Virus record (IMG/VR): IMGVR_UViG_3300031712_000052
Coordinates: 1-30,665 of that record
Length of the DNA: 30,665 nucleotides
Direction: 5' to 3' (one strand)
Source: a virus
Taxonomy: Duplodnaviria; Heunggongvirae; Uroviricota; Caudoviricetes
Numbering within the stretch: position 1 is the stretch's first letter; every line of letters begins with the position of its first letter. The notes below the pieces were generated by a model. It was not told where the DNA came from and did not search any database. It saw only the letters and a list, made by a program, of their open reading frames with translations. Below, one piece after another: positions 1 through 9,100 of this stretch. A program made the position numbers and the translations under genes.

Positions 1-1
1 T

Positions 2-976
2 GGAGTCATTACACTGGCTGGTCGTAAGCTTCTTCAGGGACAGACCTTCGATCATGCGGCTCTGGTCTCTGGTACTGCCATCCTTACGCTGACTGCTATG
101 AAGCCAGGTAAGAGTGGCATCAAGGCGCAGATACTTGCTGCCCCAGTAGAATCTGGTGCACTCTCCATCGCCTACTCTGACACGCTCACTTGCGTGCTGA
201 CATCTGGAACATCGGTCATCAATCTGGTTTCAACCGATCCTAGTGCGGTTGGTCTCCAGGTTGAGATCATACAGCCAGGCGCTGGTGGAACCCTGCGTGT
301 GACCTTCGATGCGCCAAACAACAGACTGGTTATCAGATTCGCTGATGGTGGAAGCACTGCTCAAGATGTTGTTGATGCTATCAATGCAACTGCATTTGGT
401 ATCACTGCTACTCTTGGTACTGCAGGTGGTGGAGTCTACACACCAGTAGAACCTAAGGCGTTTGTGTCAGTACGGCTGTTGACTGTACAGCCTGCTCAGG
501 GTGGTAGCACAGCCAATGCAGTGGCCACACTGATCAATGCTGATGGCTCTCCTTGCCGGGGCATCATTCGTGCGGCTGCTACGGCGGCTGGCACAGGTAT
601 TTCTACTGCAGTTCCAGTGACCCCACTTGCTGGCGGAGTAGGAAACTATGCCGGTAACGGTGTGACCGTAGCTGGTATCCCCTGCATGCCAAAGAACACT
701 ACAGGCACGGCTGGAGCTGCTGCTTGGATAGACAGTGGTGTAGTAGTCATCAATCCTGACATGACGGATGTTGATCCTCCTCGTGCATCGGGAGACATGG
801 TTGCTGTCAGAGTTCAATCGAATGGTGTATTCACCAGCCCACTTACGGTTGAGCTTGATGGACCTACAGGACCCTCTGGACCAAGTGGACCTTCTGGACC
901 AAGTGGACCTTCTGGACCAAGTGGACCTTCTGGACCAAGTGGACCTTCTGGACCAAGTGGAGCTGCTGGTGAATAG
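2..976 (+). CDS. Virion structural protein (fibre/appendage-like) with C-terminal collagen-like repeat; 5'-truncated
   Basis: The frame of ORF 98..976 stays open back to nt 2 ([33 protein letters not shown]...). The sequence is G/A/T/V-rich and beta-strand-like, ends in GPT-(GPS)10-GAA-GE, and lies in a structural gene block. Confidence 0.55.
   Translation, partial: GVITLAGRKLLQGQTFDHAALVSGTAILTLTAMKPGKSGIKAQILAAPVESGALSIAYSDTLTCVLTSGTSVINLVSTDPSAVGLQVEIIQPGAGGTLRVTFDAPNNRLVIRFADGGSTAQDVVDAINATAFGITATLGTAGGGVYTPVEPKAFVSVRLLTVQPAQGGSTANAVATLINADGSPCRGIIRAAATAAGTGISTAVPVTPLAGGVGNYAGNGVTVAGIPCMPKNTTGTAGAAAWIDSGVVVINPDMTDVDPPRASGDMVAVRVQSNGVFTSPLTVELDGPTGPSGPSGPSGPSGPSGPSGPSGPSGPSGPSGAAGE
860..961 (+). 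repeat. Tandem repeat encoding Gly-Pro-Ser collagen triplets
   Basis: The 18-nt unit GGACCAAGTGGACCTTCT occurs 4 times exactly (878-949), followed by a partial copy to 961 and preceded by two degenerate triplets from 860. Confidence 0.97.
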
Positions 977-996
977 TCTGGAGTAAGCAGTACAAG

Positions 997-1863
997 ATGG
1001 CTGATCACGAATCAGATCTGCTGGCCGTACTTGAAAAAGTCGGCCAGCAGAAGCCATCTCTCTTCGTAGATGCCGGTGAACCCGCTGTCCTCGATGCAGA
1101 CCTGGTGGTTGAAACTACTGACAAGACTAAGCCCGTTCTGACTCTTAACGACGTAGCCAGTCTTCCTCCTGTGATGGTGGGAGACATTCAGAACAAGAAG
1201 TCCACTCCAGTCACAACTAAGAATCTGTTTGTGCACCACGATTCTCATCCTGTGGTGTTTGACGTGGCACTGTTGCGTAAGTACGGAACAGACTGGTTTG
1301 AGTGGGAATCGGAGACTCTGTGGAAAGAGATCAAAGAAGATTTCCACGTACCATCTATATCAGATCATGCGAAGGCAAAGATTCAAGCGATTAAGACCCT
1401 GCACATAGGGCAGATGTACTGGACAAACTGGGAAGTGTTCTGTTGGATAACACAGGCACTTAACAACAACATTCCAGATTGGCAGGTACTTCAGAAGCCA
1501 TCTATCGCACAGCTCTTCAACAGTGTGGATGCGGCGGAGATGGTTAGGTCTGGTGAGGCATTTGTACTTGAGACACAAAGTTTTGTAGCTGCCAGCGTGC
1601 TGGACGAGAATGTTATGTACGCACCACACCCTATAGCGTTCTGTCAAAGCGAGATCAATAGATACCTTAGTGATAGGGGTCTTGAGTCCTCAGATATGAT
1701 CACAGAGGTGCAGCAGAAGTACAGGGAAATAATACGCACCCCAGAGGGTCTGACGCTGGAGGAGAACCCCGTCGATATACAGGTAGCCAAACTGAAGGTT
1801 GCGTGGGATTATCAAGCTTTAAGGAACAAGCAACTCAAGGAACAGTTGCTGTTGTTGTCATGA
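997..1863 (+). CDS. Hypothetical protein upstream of portal (288 aa)
   Basis: Long ORF with GGAG upstream and a Trp-rich globular core ([14 protein letters not shown]; [17 protein letters not shown]). Its stop overlaps the next ATG (ATGA). Confidence 0.75.
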   Translation: MADHESDLLAVLEKVGQQKPSLFVDAGEPAVLDADLVVETTDKTKPVLTLNDVASLPPVMVGDIQNKKSTPVTTKNLFVHHDSHPVVFDVALLRKYGTDWFEWESETLWKEIKEDFHVPSISDHAKAKIQAIKTLHIGQMYWTNWEVFCWITQALNNNIPDWQVLQKPSIAQLFNSVDAAEMVRSGEAFVLETQSFVAASVLDENVMYAPHPIAFCQSEINRYLSDRGLESSDMITEVQQKYREIIRTPEGLTLEENPVDIQVAKLKVAWDYQALRNKQLKEQLLLLS

Positions 1864-2696
1864 GACACATAACCCAGTCCCACATGCATGCACTGGTTGA
1901 GCAGCTCCAGAAGGAGGCTGCTCTTCCGCTGTCTGGCATTCGTAAGCTAATTCCAGCGGTGCGTGAGGGTCTTAGCAATAGGATGGGCACCTATGGTGGG
2001 AAGCTTGCGATAGGCGCTGGCGCGGGGGCAGCAGTGGGAGCTGGTACTGCAGAGCCTGGTGAAAGGCTTCAGGGCGCTTCTAGAGGGGCTTTAGTTGGTG
2101 GTGGTTTGACTGGTGCTGGGTTGCTGGCTACCAAGGGTGGTAGAGAAGCAGCCAGCAAAGCAACCAAGAAGTTCTGGGACAGATCTAAGTACCAGTTCAC
2201 AGGCCACGGTATAGAAGGTAATCCAGCAGAACAACTTTCTAAAGCTAGGGAGTTAGGGGTGCTTCCAGAGTTGGCGGAGAAGCCACACGCTAAGGACCTG
2301 GCTAGAGATGCAGCCCACCAACAAGCATTCCAACAGGGCTGGCTGACTGTTCCTGGTGCAGTACACGGCATGGTTACACACCCAGGAAAACTGCTCCACA
2401 ATTCCTGGAATAGGATGGGTCAGCTCGAGAAGGGACTGACCGGTGCTGCCGGCGTTGGTATAACTATGGATGCTGCCAGACCTACTGAACCAGGTGGGCC
2501 TGGCAGGCTAGAACGTACCCTAGGCGATGCTGCAAGTACCGTGGGCTACACAGTAGGGCCCTCTGGCCTCTTGCCAAGCTACCTGTTGGGACATTGGGCG
2601 GGGAAAGCAGGAGAGGGTGTCGGCCGAACACTTGGGCAACTGGCGCCTAATAGCGGTGCTGGAGCTCTTACACCTGACGCAGGAGTAGTGGGATGA
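1860..2696 (+). CDS. Gly/Ala-rich putative virion internal protein (278 aa)
   Basis: ATG 1860 is coupled to the upstream stop and is preferred over the ORF-track start 1803. It has an N-terminal EQLQKEAA motif and glycine-zipper-like segments. Its stop overlaps the portal ATG. Confidence 0.7.
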   Translation: MRHITQSHMHALVEQLQKEAALPLSGIRKLIPAVREGLSNRMGTYGGKLAIGAGAGAAVGAGTAEPGERLQGASRGALVGGGLTGAGLLATKGGREAASKATKKFWDRSKYQFTGHGIEGNPAEQLSKARELGVLPELAEKPHAKDLARDAAHQQAFQQGWLTVPGAVHGMVTHPGKLLHNSWNRMGQLEKGLTGAAGVGITMDAARPTEPGGPGRLERTLGDAASTVGYTVGPSGLLPSYLLGHWAGKAGEGVGRTLGQLAPNSGAGALTPDAGVVG

Positions 2697-4735
2697 GTGC
2701 AGGTTTAGGTGGTGCAGATTCCTCTGCTCTCCGCTTCTCTAGGACTAGAGGACGTACCGGTAGCTCCTCAGACTACGGTCTGCAATACCCTAGCCCGTTC
2801 TTCGATATCGGACAGACCTACTTGCCAGCTACGGTCAAGCAGATGTTCCGGTGGTGTCGGTACTACTTCCTGGTGAATCCACTGATCAATGCCGTAGTCT
2901 CCAAGATGGCAGACTACCCCATTACAGACATCATCCTAGACACCGAAAAGCAAGATTTGAAGGAGAGCTGGAACAGCTTTCTCAATGAGCAACTAAGGTA
3001 CCGTCCTTTTCAGATCGAAATAGGTCTGGACTATTACACCTACGGGAATGCTCTTGTCAGCATCTTTTATCCATTCGTGAAGATTCTTCGTTGCACACGC
3101 TGCGGATTCGAGAAGCAGGCATCTGATGCCATATACAGGTTCATGAACTTCGAGTTCCACTGGCAGTGTGAGCAGTGCGATCATTCTGGTATAGCCAAGG
3201 TCCGGGACCATTACATCAAGGCACCCAAGGGTATCAGGCTACTACGATGGAATCCGGAAGACATTGACATCCGATACAACGACATCAGCGGGGAGTACGA
3301 GTACTACTATTCGATCCCGGTGCAGCTGAAGAACGACATTATAATAGGCAAAAAATCGGCGGTAGAGAGTGTGCCCCAGCTGTTCATCGACGCCCTTCGT
3401 TTGAGGAAGGCTGTCGTGTTCAGCAGGGACAATATCTACCACTTCAAGCGGCCTACCCTTGCCGGCAAAGATAGAGGCTGGGGTACTCCTATGATTTTGC
3501 CAGTACTGAAGGATACCTTCTATCTGCAGGTGCTCAGGAAGGCCCAGGAATCCATAGCTCTTGAGCATATCGTTCCCCTGAGGATGCTGTTCCCACAGTC
3601 GGGTTCTGCCACCAGTGACCCCTACACCACAGTCAACTTGCAGGACTGGCATGATCAGATTGCGGGCGAGCTACGTCGGTGGCGTGCAGACAACAACTAC
3701 ATACCCATCCTACCACTTCCTATTGGTCAAGAGACGATAGGCGGCGATGGCAGGGCCCTACTTCTCAGTCAAGAGATTCGGGTATGGTCTGAGCATATTG
3801 TTGCTGGTATGGGAGTACCCAACGAATTGATCTTTGGTGGGCTTAGCTACTCAGGATCTAACGTGTCTTTGCGCATGCTCGAGAACATGTTCTTGGGCTA
3901 CTTGTCTGACCAGTTATCCCTATTGCGGTGGGTGATTGACAGGACAGCATCCTACTTGAGCTGGCCCAAGGTGGGGGCAAGGTTCAAGCCGTTCAAGATG
4001 GCGGACGATCTACAGAGGAAGGCATATCTCTTCCAGCTTAACCAAGCTGGCAAGATGTCTGATGAGTCCTTGATGGCAGATGCTGACTACGACTCGGCTA
4101 AAGAAGACAAGATCATGGAAGTGGAGGCTTCTCGTAGGGTAGCTGCGATGAAGAAGCAGCGACTGCTACAGGCGGAGATGGAGGGAGAGGCCATGCTTGT
4201 CACAGCCAAGTGGCAGAACAAAGCACAAGCCAAGGCCATGGTGGAGCAGGCTGCGATACAGACAGAAGCGGCCAAGGAACAGATGACATTCCAGTCAGAG
4301 ATTCAGAGTGGAATGATGCAAGATCAAGCGGCTGCACAAACGGGTCAGCCTGCACCACAGAAGTCTCCAGACATGGCACCCACACCAAGAGACCCATCCT
4401 TGATTTCACCTCCAAAAGAGATCACATCTCCACTCAGTCTGAGCAGCATTCAACAACATCCAGCTACAGCCACCAACACAGATATCGCGGGTGGGATGAA
4501 TGTAGACTTGCTGTACATGGCTAGACAACTGGCGGACAAGATATCGAGGCTCACTCCTGCAGAGAAGCCAGTAACGCTCAGACGTCTACAAGAACGCAGC
4601 CCAGAGTTGCATGATACGGTTGTTGGGCTAATGATGAGCGGAGCAAATGGCCCCACCGCTGCCTCAGCCGCGTCTGCGAGAGCCCTGCCTATGCAGAGAC
4701 CTCCACAGCGAGGACCTGAAGCAGCGATGGTTTAG
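2693..4735 (+). CDS. Portal protein (680 aa) with Cys4 insertion and Q/A/P-rich C-terminal extension
   Basis: Portal-like segments: NPLINAVVSKMADYPI; YHFKRPTLAG..GWGTPMILPVL; IVAGMGVPNELIFGG..YSGSNVSL. Size and head-module context fit. Assignment is by recalled family motifs, not a search. Confidence 0.78.
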   Translation: MSAGLGGADSSALRFSRTRGRTGSSSDYGLQYPSPFFDIGQTYLPATVKQMFRWCRYYFLVNPLINAVVSKMADYPITDIILDTEKQDLKESWNSFLNEQLRYRPFQIEIGLDYYTYGNALVSIFYPFVKILRCTRCGFEKQASDAIYRFMNFEFHWQCEQCDHSGIAKVRDHYIKAPKGIRLLRWNPEDIDIRYNDISGEYEYYYSIPVQLKNDIIIGKKSAVESVPQLFIDALRLRKAVVFSRDNIYHFKRPTLAGKDRGWGTPMILPVLKDTFYLQVLRKAQESIALEHIVPLRMLFPQSGSATSDPYTTVNLQDWHDQIAGELRRWRADNNYIPILPLPIGQETIGGDGRALLLSQEIRVWSEHIVAGMGVPNELIFGGLSYSGSNVSLRMLENMFLGYLSDQLSLLRWVIDRTASYLSWPKVGARFKPFKMADDLQRKAYLFQLNQAGKMSDESLMADADYDSAKEDKIMEVEASRRVAAMKKQRLLQAEMEGEAMLVTAKWQNKAQAKAMVEQAAIQTEAAKEQMTFQSEIQSGMMQDQAAAQTGQPAPQKSPDMAPTPRDPSLISPPKEITSPLSLSSIQQHPATATNTDIAGGMNVDLLYMARQLADKISRLTPAEKPVTLRRLQERSPELHDTVVGLMMSGANGPTAASAASARALPMQRPPQRGPEAAMV

Positions 4736-5160
4736 CCACTATCTTCCTTCTTATTCTGTTGTTCCACAGACAGCTTTGTGGAGACTATGTATCTCCACCG
4801 CTTCTGGTGTTGCGAGGTTCTTGCAGTCTTCTGTCGTGCCAGGTGTTCCTCATACGGCTTGCAGTCCTTGTATACTGCAGCCGCCATTTCGTCTGGCCAA
4901 TTCGGATCAACTGATGGAATGTTTGCCTTGTACTTCTCTACGAATCCTTCTGCGATGAACTTTGGGAACCACCAGGTTTCTGTTGGTTGTCCTTCTTTGT
5001 GTCCTCTGGGTTCGTATACTGGCCGCATTCCGAATTCGCCCTTATGTAGTTCTAGGTAGAAATTCAGTGGGTTTTCAACAACCATAAAACACATCTCTCT
5101 GAAATTCTCCCATGTGACTTCTGGTACCGTGGGATCTATGACTCCAGTGTACCTTGGCAA
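4732..5160 (-). CDS. Hypothetical protein (142 aa, TTG start)
   Basis: A strong SD AAGGAGG lies 7 nt before TTG at 5160, preferred over the ORF-track start 5211. Its stop overlaps the portal stop (TTAG at 4732-4735). Confidence 0.7.
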   Translation of the reverse strand: MPRYTGVIDPTVPEVTWENFREMCFMVVENPLNFYLELHKGEFGMRPVYEPRGHKEGQPTETWWFPKFIAEGFVEKYKANIPSVDPNWPDEMAAAVYKDCKPYEEHLARQKTARTSQHQKRWRYIVSTKLSVEQQNKKEDSG

Positions 5161-5198
5161 AGCTGTTCCTCCTTTCTTTGTGGTGATGGTCGGACGGT

Positions 5199-5225
5199 AG
5201 GTAGCCCACACCTTGTGGGCTACCT
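5199..5225. other. Perfect inverted repeat (12-bp stem, 3-nt loop)
   Basis: AGGTAGCCCACA-CCT-TGTGGGCTACCT, intergenic between two - strand genes. Confidence 0.85.
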
Positions 5226-5238
5226 CGTCCTTCCCGTA

Positions 5239-5740
5239 TTACAACAAACTGTTCTCTAGTAGGGCAGCCCCCTCCTCGGGGTCTCCCTCTCCCAATACCC
5301 TGTGCAGACAATGCCTACACAGTTTTCTGGTTGCGGCAGAGCCGTCTTCTACAAACACTTCCTCGCTTAGATCAAGCCTGCCTAATGTGATCTGATTGCC
5401 GTATGGATTGGCATCGAAATCTCCATCACACACAGCACAGTATCGTGTGCTTATAGCGTGCACACTGTCATCTACCTCGTTGTAGACATTATCGAAGCAC
5501 TTTGTGCCAGATAGATACTTCCGCTTGTATACCCTCAGGTAGTTCACCAGGTGGCACATCTGCCCACGAGTGGAACACAAAGAAGTTCGGGTCTTTGCGC
5601 ATAGGGAGTATCTTGCCATTTTCGATCACTACTAACTCTGCTCCTATAGGCTCAGGAGGTTCATCTGGGTCGTCGTTCTCCATAGGAGAGGAACAGATTC
5701 TACAGACAAAGCTCGGTCTGATGATTAGCGGCGCAAGCAT
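5239..5740 (-). CDS. Cys-rich putative Zn-binding protein, split over two overlapping frames (5489..5740 and 5239..5619)
   Basis: The upstream frame has CRIC...LVVIENG...FH. The +1 frame has CHLVNYL...CAVC...VFVEDG...CRHC. The true start and continuity are uncertain. Confidence 0.45.
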
Positions 5741-5803
5741 GTTTCCTGGGGATCATTAGTACTGTCATATATGCCGCCAAAAGGCTGAAGACAAAGTGCC
5801 AAA

Positions 5804-5926
5804 TCATTTCTCGTCTTGACCTGCATCGGAGTAGTTCTCCTCTTTTCCACCTTCGATCTCATCGAAAAGGCTGTCCTTGAGATCATCCATAGGTCCACTG
5901 GTTTCTTGGTGGTCGGACTCAGGCAT
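5804..5926 (-). CDS. Small acidic protein (40 aa), not in ORF track
   Basis: MPESDHQETSGPMDDLKDSLFDEIEGGKEENYSDAGQDEK, with 14 D/E against 3 K. AGGGGT lies upstream. It is the first ORF after the - strand motif at 6013-6039. Confidence 0.5.
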   Translation of the reverse strand: MPESDHQETSGPMDDLKDSLFDEIEGGKEENYSDAGQDEK

Positions 5927-6012
5927 CTAAACATAACCCCTGTACTTAGGTGTTGCCTCTGTGTCAACCTTAGACACAGCCAGAAGTAAAGTTATCTTAC
6001 TTCTGTACTATC

Positions 6013-6039
6013 CTTATAACGCTTACCGACTTACAATTT
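6013..6039 (-). promoter_or_regulatory. Putative phage promoter motif, copy 1 (AAA-N18-TATAAG)
   Basis: - strand: AAA TTGTAAGTCGGTAAGCGT TATAAG. Intergenic, at the head of the first inverted island. Confidence 0.55.
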
Positions 6040-6104
6040 CATACCCACCAGTCGGGTATCTCTGGTAGTTTGGTGGGGTAACAACACACATTTAGGAGAG
6101 ATTC

Positions 6105-9100
6105 GTGGCACGTATTGTCCCGGCAGAGGGGTTTGATCTCCTCAAAGACCGAGTACAAAATGCAGTCAGCGGTCTCTTCCCGATAGTAGGGAAGAAGAAC
6201 ACGCTAGAGCTTCACGACGTAGCTGTCAGGGACAACCTGGATAGCGGTGACTTCAGGTCTCAGAAGGAGGCCAAACTTGAGGGTAAGTCGTGGGCGGTAC
6301 CGGTGGAGGCTACGGTCTCTTTGAAGGACAATGCTACGGGTAAGGTGATAGATAGGCAGAAGATCAAGCTAATGAGCTTGCCTAAGATCACTAACCGATA
6401 CAGCAGCATAGTTGATGGTCAGGAGTACCAAGTAGATAACCAGTGGCGTTTGAAGCCTGGCGTATACAATATGATCAAGGCTGACGGTGCATTAGAATCG
6501 CACTTCAATGCACCAGGAGGTGGTTTCAAGATCCACTTTGACCCAGCTACTCGTGAGTTCTCTATGGGGTATGGTAACTCCAACATACCTCTCAAGCCTT
6601 TACTCCATGCTATGGGAATGCCGGAAGAGGAGGTAGAGAAGAGGTGGGGTAAGGATATTGCGGCTGCCAATCACGCAGACATGCCCAAGGCGTTGGCTAA
6701 GTTCTACAAGTCTGATACGGGCCTCAAGCCCGCGTCCATCATGACTTCAGAGGATATGCGTGCTCACTTCTGGCAAGTCATGGATAACACCAAGATGAAT
6801 CCAGACGTCAACATGCTCACGTTGGGTAAGCCACACTCCAACGTGACTGGTGCTACGCTACTAGATGCTTCCGTCAAGTTGCTCAAGATTTCTCGTGGAG
6901 AGGCCAAGCCAGATCCTAGAGACGCCATCATGTTCAAGGACCTTCACTCGATGGAGGACTTTGCAGCTGAGAGAATAACTCGAGGCTCTAGAGACATCTT
7001 ACGTAAGATCGGAAATACGGTAGACAAGAAGGACAAGGTCAGAGACATCATAGCTCCGGACATCTTCAATAGACATATACGGCAGCTGTTCTCCAAGAAC
7101 TCTTTGTCTTCAGTACCAAGCCAGACCAATCCTCTTGAAATGATCTCTGCTCAATTCAAGACCACCATCACAGGAGATGGTGGTATCAAGAGCGAGCACA
7201 CAGTCTCTGATGAAGCGAAGCTGATAGACCCGTCCCATTTGGGCTACCTGGATCCCATACACACACCAGAGGGCAAGGAGACTGGCATCACTCTACGACT
7301 GCCCATAGGTGTTACCAAGAACGGCCATGATGTCACCATCCGTATGTACAATCTACATACTGGTAAGACTGAGGACGTCAACCCAACAGTTGCCTACAGG
7401 TCTCATGTAGTCCTTCCAGACCAAGTCAAGTGGGTAGAAGGCAAACCAGTACCCATAGGACCCTCCATAAAGATCAGTGGTCTTGAGAATGAGATCTATG
7501 ACGGCTCCATAAAGAGTGCGGACTATGTAATGAAGGACCCGATGCAAATGTTCTCGTTTGCATCGAACCTCATCCCTTTCATGCCAGCTGACCACCCGAA
7601 CAGAAGTACAATGGCCGGTCGGCAAATGGAGCAATCAGTCTCTCTACTGCACAGAGAGGCCCCACTTGTACAGAGTTTGGCAGGTGTACATAGCTTCGAT
7701 CACTTTGTTGGAGGCTTTGCTAGTCACCATACTCGTGATAGTGGCACTGTTGCTCAGATCAAATCAGATGCTGTAGTTATTAAAGGCGCAGATGGGAAGA
7801 GGCACGAAGTTCAGATTTATGATCACTTTCCGTTGAATGAGGACAAAGCCTTTCTACACTCCACACCCATAGTAAAGGTGGGAGATAAGGTAACGGCTGG
7901 GCAGACGGTGGCCGACACCAACTACACCAAGAACGGTGTGTTGGCTTTGGGTACCAATCTTCGTGTTGGGTTCATGCCATACAAGGGGTACAACTACGAA
8001 GATGGTATTGTAGTTACGGAGAGTGCCGCTAAGAAGCTCACGTCAGAGCATTTACACAGGCACTCAATCGAGAGGGATGTGGCTCACGTCCTAGATAAGC
8101 GTAAGTTCCAGGCGTACATACCCACTGGTATGAATAGAGCCCAAGCTGAGAAGCTTGATGACGAGGGGGTTATCAAGCCTGGCACGGTGGTTATGCCTGG
8201 TGACACTCTCATAGCTGCTCTACGCGCTTCAAATGAGTCAGAGAAGCGGGAGGATGTGCAGCTATCCAAACTGCACAAGTCGATTGTACGGCCATTTAAG
8301 GATGCCAGTGTTACATGGGACAACGACTACCCAGGGGTTGTGAAAGAGGTCGTTAAGACTGGTCATAATGTTGCCGTTCACGTGAAGACAGAAGAGACTC
8401 TAGAGATTGGAGACAAGATCACAGGCCGCCACGGTAACAAGGGCATCATTACTAAGATCATACCTGACCATGAGGCGCCACATACCAAAGATGGTAGGCC
8501 CATAGATGTGATCTTAAACCCATTGGGTGTTACTTGTAGAACCAACCTAGGGCAGGTGTTGGAGGTTGCTGCAGGTAAGATTGCGGAAAAGACAGGCAAG
8601 ACATACTTTACCAAGAACTTCAAACCAGGCGCAGACTTACATGCCCAGGTTACACAGGATTTGGCTAAGCATGGCTTGACGGATAAGGAAACTGTCTACG
8701 ATCCTAGTAACGGAAGACCTATGGGAGATGCACTAGTAGGGCCTATGCATGTCCTCAAATTGCACCACCAGGTAGAAAAGAAACTCAGTGCTCGAGCCCT
8801 GGGTTATGGGTACGCCTACGATAGGAACAAGATACCCAAAGGCGGTGGTCCACATGGCGCTCAGTCTCTAGGAGTGTTGGGTCTGTACTCTATGCTTGCT
8901 CACGGAGCTACAGCAAACCTTCGCGAGATGAATACATTGAAGAGTGATGCAGGCCAAGGAGATCAATTTTGGGCTGCTTTACAAGCAGGAGAACTGCTCC
9001 CTACCCCAAAGCCTACATTTGCGTACAACAAGTTCATCAGTCTGATCAAAGGTCTGAATGTGAATGTAGAGAAGACTGGAAACAGTCTGACGCTTTCTCC

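Noticed and set aside
878-961. Possible CRISPR array
   Set aside because: The units are directly adjacent with no spacers and lie in frame within a CDS. No cas genes are present.
467-1057. - strand ORFs with (SRRSTW)n or GPEGPL repeats
   Set aside because: These are antisense shadows of the collagen-encoding repeat and have no independent start signals.
4705-4720. 16-nt direct repeat ACAGCGAGGACCTGAA, also at 21314-21329
   Set aside because: Roughly 0.1 such matches are expected by chance in 30 kb. Both copies are inside coding sequence and share no structure.
5700-5807. 35-aa hydrophobic ORF (MIWHFVFSLLAAYMTVLM...) ATGA-coupled to the acidic peptide
   Set aside because: It has a weak SD and conflicts with the overlapping Cys-rich frame starting at 5740. 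It cannot be supported without homologues.
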